Assembly: GCA_030141605.1 (NCBI GenBank)
Contig: JAQGDQ010000055.1
Span: 186,001 to 250,000, forward strand
Length of the DNA: 64,000 bases
Direction: 5' to 3'
Source: Tubiluchus corallicola
Taxonomy: Eukaryota; Animalia; Priapulida
Part shown: piece by piece, positions 1-13,100 of the stretch
Layout of the letters: each line of letters begins with the position of its first letter
Position numbering within the stretch: the stretch's first letter is position 1
Notes under the pieces: generated by a model
Seen by the model: the letters and a program-made list of their open reading frames with translations, nothing else
The model's database searches: none
Told to the model about the DNA's origin: nothing
Position numbers and translations under genes: made by a program

Positions 1-809
1 GTATACTTCTCATCATTACTGTATTTAAACTGTTTCAAAATTAACTTCTCTAGCTGTCAGATATCAAAACTTAGATTTTTGATCATAAAATTGTGTTTTG
101 CCAGTTCAATATGTGTTGAATGTGGCCAATACATTAAACTATGTGCAACAATGTGGTAATAATATATGATGATAATCGGAACCTGTTTGCTAAGTTTATG
201 TGAAAGAGTATATGACACAGTGGTCCATTGGAGGCTTAAGACTTGGAGGACTTGGATATGATTTTGACTAGATTTTCAAAACTAATGATTATGACTTGAA
301 CCTAATTGGACCCCAGTGGAACTTGACTTGTCTCAAACTGAAAGTAAATTTGTGAACAAATGATTGGAAGGTAGACATTATATTTGTTGTTGTTGTTGTT
401 TTGAATTTACGATTTATGCAGAATGAAACACATGGACTTCGTAATTCAGGTTAAAAAGGCGTGAACCTCTTAAATTACAGCTACCATTATGCAAACATTT
501 GTTCATAAAATTCTTAGTGTTCATAACTTAGATTGGATGACTTAGTTATTTGTTAATGTATTCTATAACTATGATGCGATTCAGAAACTCATTTTGGTTT
601 TATTTAAATATTCGTTAAATATAAACTTAAATTTTATAATAAGTTTATTTATCATCATTACAAGCAAAAGTTATGCTGAATTACAGTACAGCATAAATAT
701 ACAAAATATAAAATTTTTTAGAAGAATAAGCAAGATAGAATATATTCGCGACAAGCAATATTACTTTTTATAAGATACATGAACGAAAAAAATTAAATTG
801 AGTCAAAAC

Positions 810-1105
810 TCAAGTTTTGAAGTTAAATGAGCCATCTGAGATAAAACTGTTCTTGAATTTCTCTGTTCTACATCTAGGTAAGGGGTATTTCAGATGGTGA
901 TGAATGCTGAATCTATGAGTATGGGCATCTGGCAATAGAGTGGAGATTTTATTATTAGGATTTTGAATTGATGAAAGCAATTTTAAGCAAGAATTTTCGC
1001 GACTGTTAAATAAAGGTTGAAGATCTGCCGAAATTAGAGGATTTGCATAGTTTTCATTTGGAAAAATTATTTTCAACGAGTGTTTTTGAACTGTTTCTAA
1101 CAAAT
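810..1105 (-). mobile_element. Non-LTR retrotransposon (L2/CR1 group) ORF2 C-terminal remnant
   Basis: Minus-strand translation LETVQKHSLKIIFP...STLLP...YPLPRCRTEKFKNSFI matches the typical L2-group ORF2 end (LE.IQKRAL.II.P...LLP...RT.RFKNSFI). Confidence 0.75.
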
Positions 1106-1159
1106 TGGAGAGATTTTGGGAAAGAGATGAGTGACTAATGTTACATACAAACTTTGCAG

Positions 1160-4100
1160 AGAGATTTCCTGTCCGTGGAAGTTCAAGATGGGAGGGTGTT
1201 GTTTCAGTATGATATGGGCGGAGGTCGAGCCCAGTTAGAAACTCAGGACATGTACAATGATGGCAAGTGGTATACGGTAGAAGCCAGCCGCTTCCATCAG
1301 GAGGGTCTCTTGAAAATTGATGGCATTGAGGGTATGTAGTCTTCTTATTAACTCTTACAGTATTAATTTATATAGCTTAAGTAGCTAGATTCTTATAATT
1401 GTAGATTTGACATTAGATTTGCAAATTAAATTACTTGTGTTTGAGTAAGAGTCTTTGAGTTTGAGTGTGTTAGCAATAACGGTGTGCTGTTGGCTATGTA
1501 TAATTTTGTGTATTGTTATATCTTTAAAGGAAAACCGACCCAAACTTAAACTGTAGCTGAAAACAACCTACCCAATAAGATATTGAAAGGAAACATACTA
1601 TTTTTTCAAAAATAACTTATGCGGAAGAATTATTACAGAAACATAATTTTGCCTTCGTGCTGCTAGTTCCTCGCTGTTGCATGCACTTCACCATTCATTA
1701 GTTAGATGGACACTAGTGCCTGCATTTTGGAAAGTGTTGCACATAAAACAGGTGCTGTATCTCTTAGTTCAGATGTGTTAGTTTGTGAAGAATGTTTGAT
1801 GGCTCATGGGTGAGTACAGCAGGTTTTGTGTATCACTGTGAATGTTGCACAGTAGCACTGTAATTCAATTTTCTCGCATGAAATGCTTGTGTTGTTGAAA
1901 ATTATGTTCATTTGTGATGTCATCACTAGTTGGACTCGACTGCTGTTAAACAGGTTTTTAACCTATCATTTAAGTACCAGAAATGCTTTGTGATTATCAG
2001 TGTTAAAATATATGCTTCTCAGCATACTTCAAGATGGGATACGGTATGAAAAATCATCTTTTTTCCTTTAAGTGTGCATTACTGGTCGCTCTATTACTCT
2101 TACACTTACACATCGGAGCTGTGATTACAATCAATGGCAATGCACTAAAATTAAATGACAGGTGGCATTATAAACTTGTTACCATAGCAATGAGCTTCTT
2201 TCCTTCAGTTGCTTCTTCCTTTTTCTATGCACCTGTTATGAGATTTTCTTTTTTTTATGCCTTTCAATCAGAAATGTAAAATTGCGGTTTTGCCCTTCTA
2301 ATAAAAATTTGTTCATGTGGTGCGTGATCTGTGTGCAAATTCGTAGAACATACCTGTCAAACACACGTACACACACAATACCCTGTAGATTACGTTCTTC
2401 CATAAAGTTAGATTGGAATCAGAAATGCATTGTACAAGAAATGTGAGTTTAATAAATCCAACAAAACTCACCAATAAGTTCTGTATAATACATACATATG
2501 ACAGTTGTTATTTTTTATGGAACAGTTGCTAATGGAACAGCTCCGGGAGACTTGAAGAAACTTGCAATCGGAGAGGAGATTTATATTGGTGGATTTCTCG
2601 AACCACCTAGTGTCAGGTATGGTAAAAAAACAGTAATACTTATTGTCATAAATGCAGACAGCTGTTATCAATAATATTTGACTGTTGCAATGTCTGCAGT
2701 TTGTATTGTCTGCTTTTTCCAGTGTGCACAAAACTAGCTAAAATGTCTGCAAATCTCTAATAATATAAGCCTTTTCACAGTTTCGTTGTGTGCACGCTCA
2801 GTTGCTGTAGACCAAAGGATAAGTGTACCACAGCAACACATCTTTACTTCAAATGTTACGTGACATGGGTAAAGCAAAGCCGCCTGCCATGCCAGTTCAG
2901 TAACTGCAGCTGTTTTACGTTGACTTTGTTTAATTATGCATTAGTCTGTGCGTAGAGTGATTTACTACCAGGATCTTGCTTGGGAACAAGAAAAAATGAA
3001 CTAGGTAAGGTTCTAGCTGGCTGTTAAAACTGTTACTATTACAATAGCATAGGCTGTGAGCCATTGTCAAGTGTACGTAAATGCATTGTCTGGTACACTT
3101 AACCTTTGACCATCATCATCAATTGCAGCAACTGTGAAAAGGCTTATTAACATAGAAATTAATTAGATAAATTTATAATTTTGGAAGCAGAATGTTTAAA
3201 TATGGTACTGTTGTTTTTGATACGCGTTTATTACACTACGAAAATTTGTTAGATTTTTGCTTTAATTGTTTTGTGAACAATTAAAAATCCTGTAAAATAT
3301 TGTTGATTTTTAGTCATTTAGTTATAGTTTCAGTTATGTTTCAGTATTGTAACATACATGGTTGCCATCTTGGTTTCAGTACAGAGGAAAAGAAATTAAT
3401 AAACTGATTTGGTAACTGATGTTTCTTTGCTTTATTATCAATGATTTTTTCCCTAATATTTGTAAATGTCTTATACGTTTTTCTTTGCCACATGTTCTTT
3501 GGTTAATAAAGACTATCAAAAATTAATATTTCGATAATTTTTCGTGTTTTTTTTTCCTTTCTTCACCAGTGTGACTTGCATGAGTGATGTATTGTTTATT
3601 CTGCAGTAATGTCGGTACTGATGGATTTGTGGGCTGCATCAAACAGTTGCAGCTTGGAACATTGGTTGTTGATCTGAACAAAAATATACAGTCTCGTGGG
3701 GTGATGCCAGGCTGCCCTGATGTGGTAAGAAATTACGACAAAACTTTGAAATTAATATATTTGCCATGATGAATCTTAGATGCTTACTGACTCAATGTTT
3801 ATTGCTCTTAGATAGCATTTTCAGCTTTTTTTATTGTTGAAACAGTTGCGTAATCAGAAATCAGTGTTGTCAGAGGAGTTAATTTTTAACTGAAAACCTT
3901 TCGAAGATCTAATTGAAAGCTTGTCGCAATTTCTCAAATTCAGAATTATTGACACCACTTAGTAATTACATATCTGCAACTTATAAAATGAAAGAATTTG
4001 CAATCATTAAATTTTTTAAACCAAGTTCAACCAAAAGAAAGTTAAAAAGTCGTAACTAAGCTTGTATTTGAACCGATGACTTCAAGTTGCAAAACTAAAT

Positions 4101-7100
4101 CATAAATGCTAGACCATACAGCTCCTTGTGATCATGTAGATTCGTTGTGAACTCATTTTATCGCTAACTGTTGTTCATGAAACTGGTTTAAAAATAATTA
4201 ATTTACTAAATGTATCTTGCTTACAGATTGCCCGACTGGCTTCATTTGACAAAACTCAGGATAGTTATTTGAAGCTCAGTTTAGATGATGACTCATCAGA
4301 GGTGGCGTTGTCATTCAAGTTCAGAACTCTGAAGCCAGATGGCGTGCTGTTCTATAGCGCTGATGCTGCTCAGGTGTGTGTGTTTTACTGCAAGTAGAGT
4401 GTCTTTCTTTCTGGTAGTGTGAATGCTTACTATGATATAGCTATATTTAAATGTGAATAGGTCGATTAATATCTTTGTTCATCTTATATTCCTGTTGCAT
4501 TACAATTCCCCGCACAATATAAATGCCCTAACCCCAACCCAAGCCCTAACCGTAACTCTAATCCTAATCCGCTTCACACACTAATTTCTTGTGTGTGGGG
4601 AATTGTAAACTTAGCCCCGAAGAGTGCTGCACATTGTTTAAAAATATTAATGAAGAGAATTTATGCTATTGCATAAATTATGCAGATGAGTGAATACAGT
4701 CCCAGATTTACAATTTCCAAGCCTAAATCGCTCCGTAATTTGTAAGATAATGCATGTAAACTCACCCACTCGTAATACAATAAATAGCTGCTACAGAGAG
4801 TCACCTATCTATTAACTAACCGGACCTGACTTTGCTTAACTTTGGTTGCTGAGCACACACAATAACCACTCAGCTATTACTTACATCCCAGAACGTTAAA
4901 TTACATTCATTTTTTTATCTACAGCAATATGCACTATCAGCACAGCTCAGTGAAGGCAGACTTTACTTCGTTCACAAGGATACTGCTGAGACAATCCTTA
5001 TTCAAAGTAACAATGATAATTACAATGATGGAGATTGGCATTTTGTCAACATGTTTTATCAGACTAAAGATGATGACACGTTGGGGTGAGAGTTCCAGTT
5101 AATTTTTAACTTAATTAACTCTAATTATAGGGTTGTAATAATAATGATATGATTTTTAGTATTGTTAGAATATTCATTGACGACCTCTATAGCTGCATAC
5201 CAATGCATTCACTTCTTCTTCTATTAAATCTTGTATAAAAGCTAATTTTAGTGGGAAATATTTTGCTTATAGCAGAATTAATGAAAAAGAAATTATTAGC
5301 AACGGCATGTTGACTTAATTTGCAACAGCAAGGTGACGTTTTTTCTTTTTTAAAAGAATTTTTTGTTGCTGACTTATCTGTTAATATCTGTGGACTACAT
5401 TCAAATGTTCAACTAAAGCTAGTGTGTAATTAGTTCATCATCATCATCATCATCATCATATAAATGCTTCTACTTTCTAAAAACGTGGCACGCTCCACTT
5501 GTCCATAGCCACTGCCCACGATGCATCATCCCTCACATCTAGAGTGGTATTTGATAAATCTTGGATTAGAACTTCTATAAATAGTTAATTGCCATCAAAT
5601 TATTAAATAATTTGTGGATTCTCACTGTACCATTCTCATTCAAGTATAATAATAATAATGTTACTATTTGTTAATTTATATAATTAAATAACTTATAATA
5701 ATATAATAATAATGTTATTATTATTATTATAGTATACAATATGACTAAAATTATCGTATCATTAGTAGAAGATTCTGGTGTTTCTTATACCTACTACGGC
5801 AGTATTAAGTTGATATTTATGGGTGCTGTGGAATCAATTGTCTTTTTTTGTTCATTCACATCATTACATTCATTTTAGTTTACTCATTGATGTGGACGAA
5901 GTGGACAGGTCAGAGAAAACCTTACAGGAGGCAGACTGGTCCAAACTTGCCGGCAATATCTGGATCGGGGGCACCTCTGCTGATTACGGCATACAGGAGG
6001 GCAATGCAGTCACTGTGGAGGCTTTAACGGGCTGCTTGGGAGATCTGACTATAAATGGACTGTAAGCCATTTCATATTCAGCAAATTATGTGAAGTGCCA
6101 ATTATAATTGTGTTTAAGCATTATCCTTGATAACAAGCTGGTTCCAGTCCAGGTACAGTCATCTGCTATCGAAACGCATACCAGCTGACAGAATGCCAAA
6201 TCTTGGAAAAATTGTTTATGCTTTTGCTTGTACACAGTTGCTTGTGATATTGTACTGTGTATGTTGTGTATTTAACAAGAAATTGTTTTATTCTTTCCTA
6301 ACAACCTTCCACCTTTAAAGCACAAGAAAACTCTCTTCATAAATAAAGCCTAAAAAATTCCTCTTGAAATTTTATATCACGTATGTGCTGTTTTCTTGCA
6401 TACTGAGCTTGCATTAACAGTAACGCCTTATTAGAGTTGTAAATTTAAACTCCCGCGATGACCGTTAGGCACAGACATTTTAACGATAAGTTGTTTGAAA
6501 CAAGTTTAGGTAACATTTTGACAAGTCTGAAAAAATAGTCAGAGCATTCGTAATTCACACTCTTCATTAACTAAGCAAATGTTTAAATTACCTTATTATG
6601 TGAATAAGATCAATAATATGTTTTTGCTGAACAAGTGATGCATGCAGATATGGAGAGGCAGTGCTGTTTTACAAAGTGGCTCGTATACTTTAAATTATTA
6701 AGAATTTTCCTTTCCAATTACGAAAACTTTCAAACAGATAAGCATAATGCGAAGTAAAATAATTTTGTTATGGAAAGTTCCTTGGGACATAACCTTAAAA
6801 TTCCCTTTTCTTCCCCTTTAAATGTTCTACATTAAGTGCATGTCTAATAATTCTACCTGGTTGTCATGCTGTTTCTCGATCTGCTTCCAATGAACAGCTA
6901 AAGCTAATGTAACCTCCAATACAAAACTTTCTGCTTTCAGTACACAACTGTGGTACTTTGCTAGCGTCACGAGCGTCAATCTTTTCAAGCTGGCAAAAGT
7001 GTCTAAGTTGGTACAGCAATCAGTAATAATACCTTCTGTAAAATTACCACTACTACTAGCTTTGGTAGGTACTCTCAGTGGTTTTGAATGGACTGAATAC

Positions 7101-10100
7101 GGTGTGGAAGAAAATAACTGAACATTGACTATTTTCGTCCCCAAATTGATTGTCAAAAGAAAAAACAATTCTAAATTTGTATTTTTGCAATTCTGTAGGT
7201 TTTAGAATGTTTAGAAAATTTTCGAGTTTTTATTACATCTGTTATAAGATGTGCGAAGCAGGTGCAAATTGCAACCATCTCAAAGTGTACTTCTTTTTTT
7301 ACACAATGTGTAAAACTCTATCTGATAGTTATAGCCGGTAATTTTGCCTAAACTTTTATTACATTTATTGCATTTTGTTGTTTGTTGTATGACCATTGTT
7401 GTTTTTGTTTAGTTTAAGCATAATTTTATTGTAACACACTCAAACCTCATTGTAATGACCCGAACCCTTTATAATGATAACCTCACTTAATGCCCAAATG
7501 TTTAGCAAAACAAAACACCTACATTTGCATAGACATGTATATATATAATGCATCCGTTATAGTGCCAACTTTTTTGCAGTCCCAAAGTAGGTGGTATAAA
7601 GAGATTTGTCTGTACCATCAGTTACAATAAATTTCAATAATCACAATATTGTATATATAACTGATAGAAGCTTGCCAACAGAACATGAACACTTAAATGA
7701 GTGTAGACGATTACCTACAAACAAATACTAATATTACAGTGTGATTGCTAAGATTCCGTCTTTGTTTTTAGACGTGTGAACTTTGCGGAAGTTGAGATGG
7801 ACGACAGACCAAGTGTTGCTCTAGAACACTGTCCGCTAGACGACATTACTGAAGCTACAGAGCTGCCATTCGAAGTGGAAGGTGGGGTTAAAAAATCTGT
7901 GTTTAGTTTCTAATCATCTATTCAACAAGTGTTCGACTGTTTAAGGGGCTCGTTAAGGATAATTTGTTAATTTGTTTTTAGCAATAATTCGATTGACCTG
8001 AACACTTATTTATTACACTCATAAATATCCTTTAAATTGCAATGATTTATGTATAATCATTTAGAATATCCTCATGGTCCTTGTGTACTTCCACTTCGGC
8101 CGAACAAGGCAGCTACTGCGACTAGCGGCAGGCAGTTTGGTTTATCAGAAAGCAGCAGGCAGGAGTTCAACAGTTTGCCTGATAAATTCCGTAAAAGGTG
8201 AGATTTAGAAAACAAAACTGCCAGCTGTGAGATTGTAGAGATCTATTTTATGCATTTTTAATTGTTTTTGATTATTTAATTGTAGTGTTTGTTATTTGAA
8301 CTCGTGCTCTAAATTTGTTGTTTTAATATGCTGTATTTGTTGAATTGATACCAGTTTAAGATTTAACTCTAAGATTTAATGATCTATGCAGCAGTATCAC
8401 TGCATCGTGATATCTTTCATTATGATATGCGAATCTCCACAGTGCAACCGTATTATAATGATATTTAGCAAATTAGCTTGCTCTTGGTCGTATGCCGATA
8501 AAAAGGAAGTAATTCAAGTTTCAGCTGTAGACTGTATTGTAGACACCTCTCTATTAGTTTAGTGAGCAGTAGTTCACTTAACAGAGGCACTGCTGTCAGC
8601 CAAAGCAGTTGAAACTGCAAAGTGTTTAATCTCTAATAGGCTAATTACATTGTTTTCATATAATCTTGCGAAATGCTAAACATTAACCAGAAAATTCATG
8701 AGCAAATTTTAAACTATATTATTGATATGTTTTGCTATTCTGGTGGCTTGGAATGCAAACAATAGCCTATATATGACACAAGTCATAAATAAAAGTCAAA
8801 CTGTTTGTCAAGTTATTTTAGCATTAAGAAATCTTAAAACTGTTGTTTGATAAATATTAAAATTTATTAAAAACAGCTTCATCTAGTTTTTTTTGTAAAA
8901 CTTGCAAGCATTAATTCAGCTGTATCGTGATGCATATCATGTCACGAGGTTAGTATTATGAAACGTATGATATCATGACCTAGGTGTATCATTACAGACC
9001 TAGTAATTGCATAATTTATGTATAGTTTTGATTACGTCATGTAGGTGTTTGATTCTCTGACGACCTTAACTGAAATAAAGTGACAACTAAATAAACAAAA
9101 ACAAAAACAAAAAATTAAATAAAAGAGTTATTGCTGCTGCCAGCCAATGCTTATTTGCTTCATGTTAAAAATCATTTGTTTCATTTCAGATCCCAGTTTC
9201 AGTTTGAGTTCAGGACAGGAGTTGCTGACGGAGTCGTCTTCTACATGGCCGATGATAGGCACAGAGATTTCATGGCCGTGTACTTTGCCAATGGACAGCT
9301 ACATTTCGACTTCAACTGTGGAAGCGGTCCTGCTAAACTGTCCAGCACAAAATTATACAATGACAATAACTGGCATATTGTAAGCTGAATTCACTCAAAA
9401 ATTAATTGTACAGTAGAATCCGTTTACTAAATCCACGGATAATAAATCCAGCCACTTATTGGGGTCACTATGGCTGGAACAAAACTGTATGATGCTTTAA
9501 TCTATTTATTAAATCCAAACATCCCTTTATAAATGCACATTGTTGCTGTGAAGATAACAAAAGTGTGATGTAAGACTGCACAGTTGCCCTGCCTTTTAAC
9601 ATGAGCTAGACCACCATCTTCGAACGAAGCGCATTTTACACTTTTGCATTTTTTCCACTTGAAGTTTTTGCCTTTAGCCATCCTGGGTTTCTATGGTCAG
9701 GGAAAATCCTGGAAAATCCTTAAAAATACAGGCCATTCTGGAAAGTCATGGAAAAGTCGGGGAAAAAGACAATTTTTATAGCAAGTCAGGGAAAGTGATG
9801 AAAATGGGGCAAACAGTCAGGGAAATTGGAAAGGGTTCCAAAGATGATCACCGTGAACCGATATTTTCCAAACGCATTTTTCAGCGATTTGTGTTCCAAT
9901 AAAATTTTGCTATGGCAGGCTCCAAGTTTCGATTTCTGTTCCAAAAATAATGATTGGATTAAGAAAGTTTATTTAATGTGATTAGTCTAATTTTGTTAGC
10001 TCTACTGCAGCTGTGCCGACTCATATATCAGTATATGTATGAACGTCCATACATAAAAATGTTTGAATATATGTGTACTGATAATGCAATTTCTGCTTTT

Positions 10101-13100
10101 CTTGGTCATATAAAATTAATATTGGACTAGGGAAAAATCATTTATTGTAAAATTCTGTGGGAACCCTGCCATCCAGTTTACCTGTTACATTGCAAAAATA
10201 TCAATCACCTTGAAAAAGAGGTCTAAATAAGTTGAACCAACCTGCTAATTATTGCTGATAAATTGTGCGTAAGAATGTCGATTCCAATAAATGTCTGTTG
10301 AATCATTGTACTTCATTTTTTCAACTTTGGAAGCAGTAACCTCACCATAGATAAACAACACATACTTTACGTAAGTGAGTCACGTTAATAAATGATTACA
10401 CTTTGCTTAAAAACTTTCGCATCCCGTTTTAGGAGTATTGACTTCATAAATAAACGATAAATACGAGGAAAACGCTACTTAATAGGTCTCTTCAGTTTAC
10501 AAATACAGCCACTTGATCAATCCATTAGCTTCACATTTGTGGATTTATTAAGCGAAGTACAGTAAATTGTGTATACCTCGACCCGTTATAACTCCAGTTC
10601 TTGCTTATCTCAAGCAGATTTCATGGAACGGATTTTCCATTTCATTTTCTTTTTAGCAAACGTCGCATAACTCGAAATCTGTATTTCGAATTATCTCGTA
10701 ATTCAAACCAAATTCATGATGCAATTTATAAGAATCTAACTATATGAAATCACCCCGCCTTCCTCGAACAGCCTCCCAAGCAAGAAATCTTACGCGAAAT
10801 TAACACCAGACTATGAATTTAACTGCTTATTTCAGCCAAAATGGTAAGATTTCTCACATCACCTTAGCAGAACACCGAACACAGCATGGCTTAACGAATG
10901 TGGCTTAGTAACTAGATCACAAAAATTATTATTGCAGAATTCTATTAACCATGCTACTCAGACTACAATAGAGGTGCACCAGTCATTTTATTTTTTGATT
11001 ATTCATAAAAACTGTTGTTTGATATTTGATTAAAGGCTCAGTTTGTGATTTTCACAAACTGCAGTGTATTGTCATGTTGATGAGCAACTCAATCTTGTGT
11101 TCTTACAAACATTGTCTAACTCGTACTTTTGCATAACTCAAACAGATTTTTAGGTCCAGACGGTGTTTGAGTTGTACGTAGTTTACTGTATACTGTATTT
11201 TCTAGAATTTCTTTATGTGATCATTCTATAACCACTTTGGTGTAAATTTCGGAATTATTGCCAAACATCGCATATAGTCATGAAAGTGAAAAATGAAATT
11301 GCAATGTTATTTCTTCCAGGTTAAATTCCAAAGGAACTTCCGTACGGGTATACTCATAATTGATAGCGAAGAAGTTGCAAAGGGGAAGAGCAAAGGCAAT
11401 AGCAATAGCTTGAATGTTGATGCACCTTATTACGTAGGCGGTCTTGCTCCTGACATGGCAGAAAAAGCCAAGAAGAACACTATGGTAAGACTGTTGCGTG
11501 ATTTGTACCATTTGCGCCATTTAATAACATAATTATATGAATACATTCAACAGTTTGGATCTAAGTTGTAAGTTATGTATTTTTTTATTATTGCGTCTTT
11601 GTTTATAGAAGCCATGGGACTAAAATACTTCATTTATCAACAGGTAACTTCATCTTTCAATGGTTGCATCCGTAATTTCAAACTCAATGACAAAGCACTG
11701 GAGGATTTGAGCTTTGAAGAAGGAGTAAGCGCGTGTGCAGACAACACGGAACCCGGAACATTCTTTTCCGTCGATGGCGGACATATTGTTTTGTGTGAGT
11801 ATTTTGTCATTTCCTCAAATGTTTCTGAAATTGGAGCAATGTTTATGCATCAGGCACTTTTATTTATATTGAAGTGTTGTCCTTCAAACTTTTTCGATTA
11901 GCTGGGCATCTTTCAGGCTGCAAAGAAATAATGATATAAATCCTAAACCTAAAGTAAACTAAAAAAACAGGACTGTAAGTTTTACAAACCATTAAAAGTT
12001 GAAATAAATTCTTAAAATTTCACAGTGATTCTTTTGTCAATTGTTTTTTTGTTTTTGTTGCAAGCCTTGTATGCATTGTTGTGCAGTCTGAAAGTGCAAA
12101 GTGTTTGTTCTGTTGCAGATGATAAATTCAAAGTCGGTTTAGATTTTGATATTCAGCTGGAGGTGAAGCCACGCAGTATGAGTGGTATCATTATGTATAT
12201 TGCTGCTGCTGATGGAGGTAGGATACTTTATATTAACTTTGATACTTTTTGAGTCGCACTTCGAACTGTTTATAATTTTTTGTATATGTGTTTCTACATC
12301 TGTTTTTGAGACTAATCTTTTGAGCTATAATCACAAAATTTGAAATCTAGATGTCAACTAAAAGTGTTTATTGCGTGCATATGCCTATAGAAATAAATAT
12401 AGTGTAAGATAAATACTGAGCTCTGTAATTTACTTATTAATTGGCAAGCTTATTGCACAAAGAAATTTTTTGCCAATTTGACATAGATGGATAGGTGGAT
12501 GGTTAAGCATTTAATTCAGTAGTTACATTTTTGTACAACCATTTTATTCAGTATTTGCAGCACTGTAGAAGCACACATGGCCTGACCAATCTCACAACTA
12601 AATGTGTCGGTTGATTAAAAAACTTATTTTTTGTTAATTTGTTACTACTACTGTTGATTTTTAATTATATTAAATTTACTTGTAAATAGTTATTGCTAGT
12701 CAGTAGCTTGTAGCATTGTTTGCTATTGTATCCATTTAGGAGATTTCTTGGCACTGCAGCTGCATGACGGTAATCTCACATTCAGTGCTGATAACGGTGG
12801 TCGTACTCTCTCTGCAACGTTCCAGCCCGACGTTGACAAGCCAAAATATCTCTGTGATGGTAACTGGCACAGTATACAAGGTATTGCATCACATTTTGTA
12901 ACAACTGTTGTAGGTTTCTTATGAGAAAATTGTGGGACAGTAAATGCGAAGCATTAGTTGGTACTTGTGATTTTCTTAATTTTCAACTGACAGACCTGTT
13001 ATGCTAGTTTGAAACCTCTGGACAGTCTCATTTGGCACTCTACCTTTGCTACATATAATTATTATTACTACAATTATTATTATTAATCTTTTATTCATAT

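Larger units (their letters stand above)
9411..11195. mobile_element. TA-flanked pogo/Tigger-like non-autonomous element hosting two nested insertions
   Basis: Left end TA-CAGTAGAATCCGTTTACTAAATCCAC; right end GTGGATTTATTAAGCGAAG(TA)[insert]TACTG-TA. Confidence 0.6.

Noticed and set aside
4060-4125. tRNA gene on the minus strand (also B-box-like sequence near 42600 and 46000)
   Set aside because: No complete cloverleaf; these look like degenerate SINE heads.
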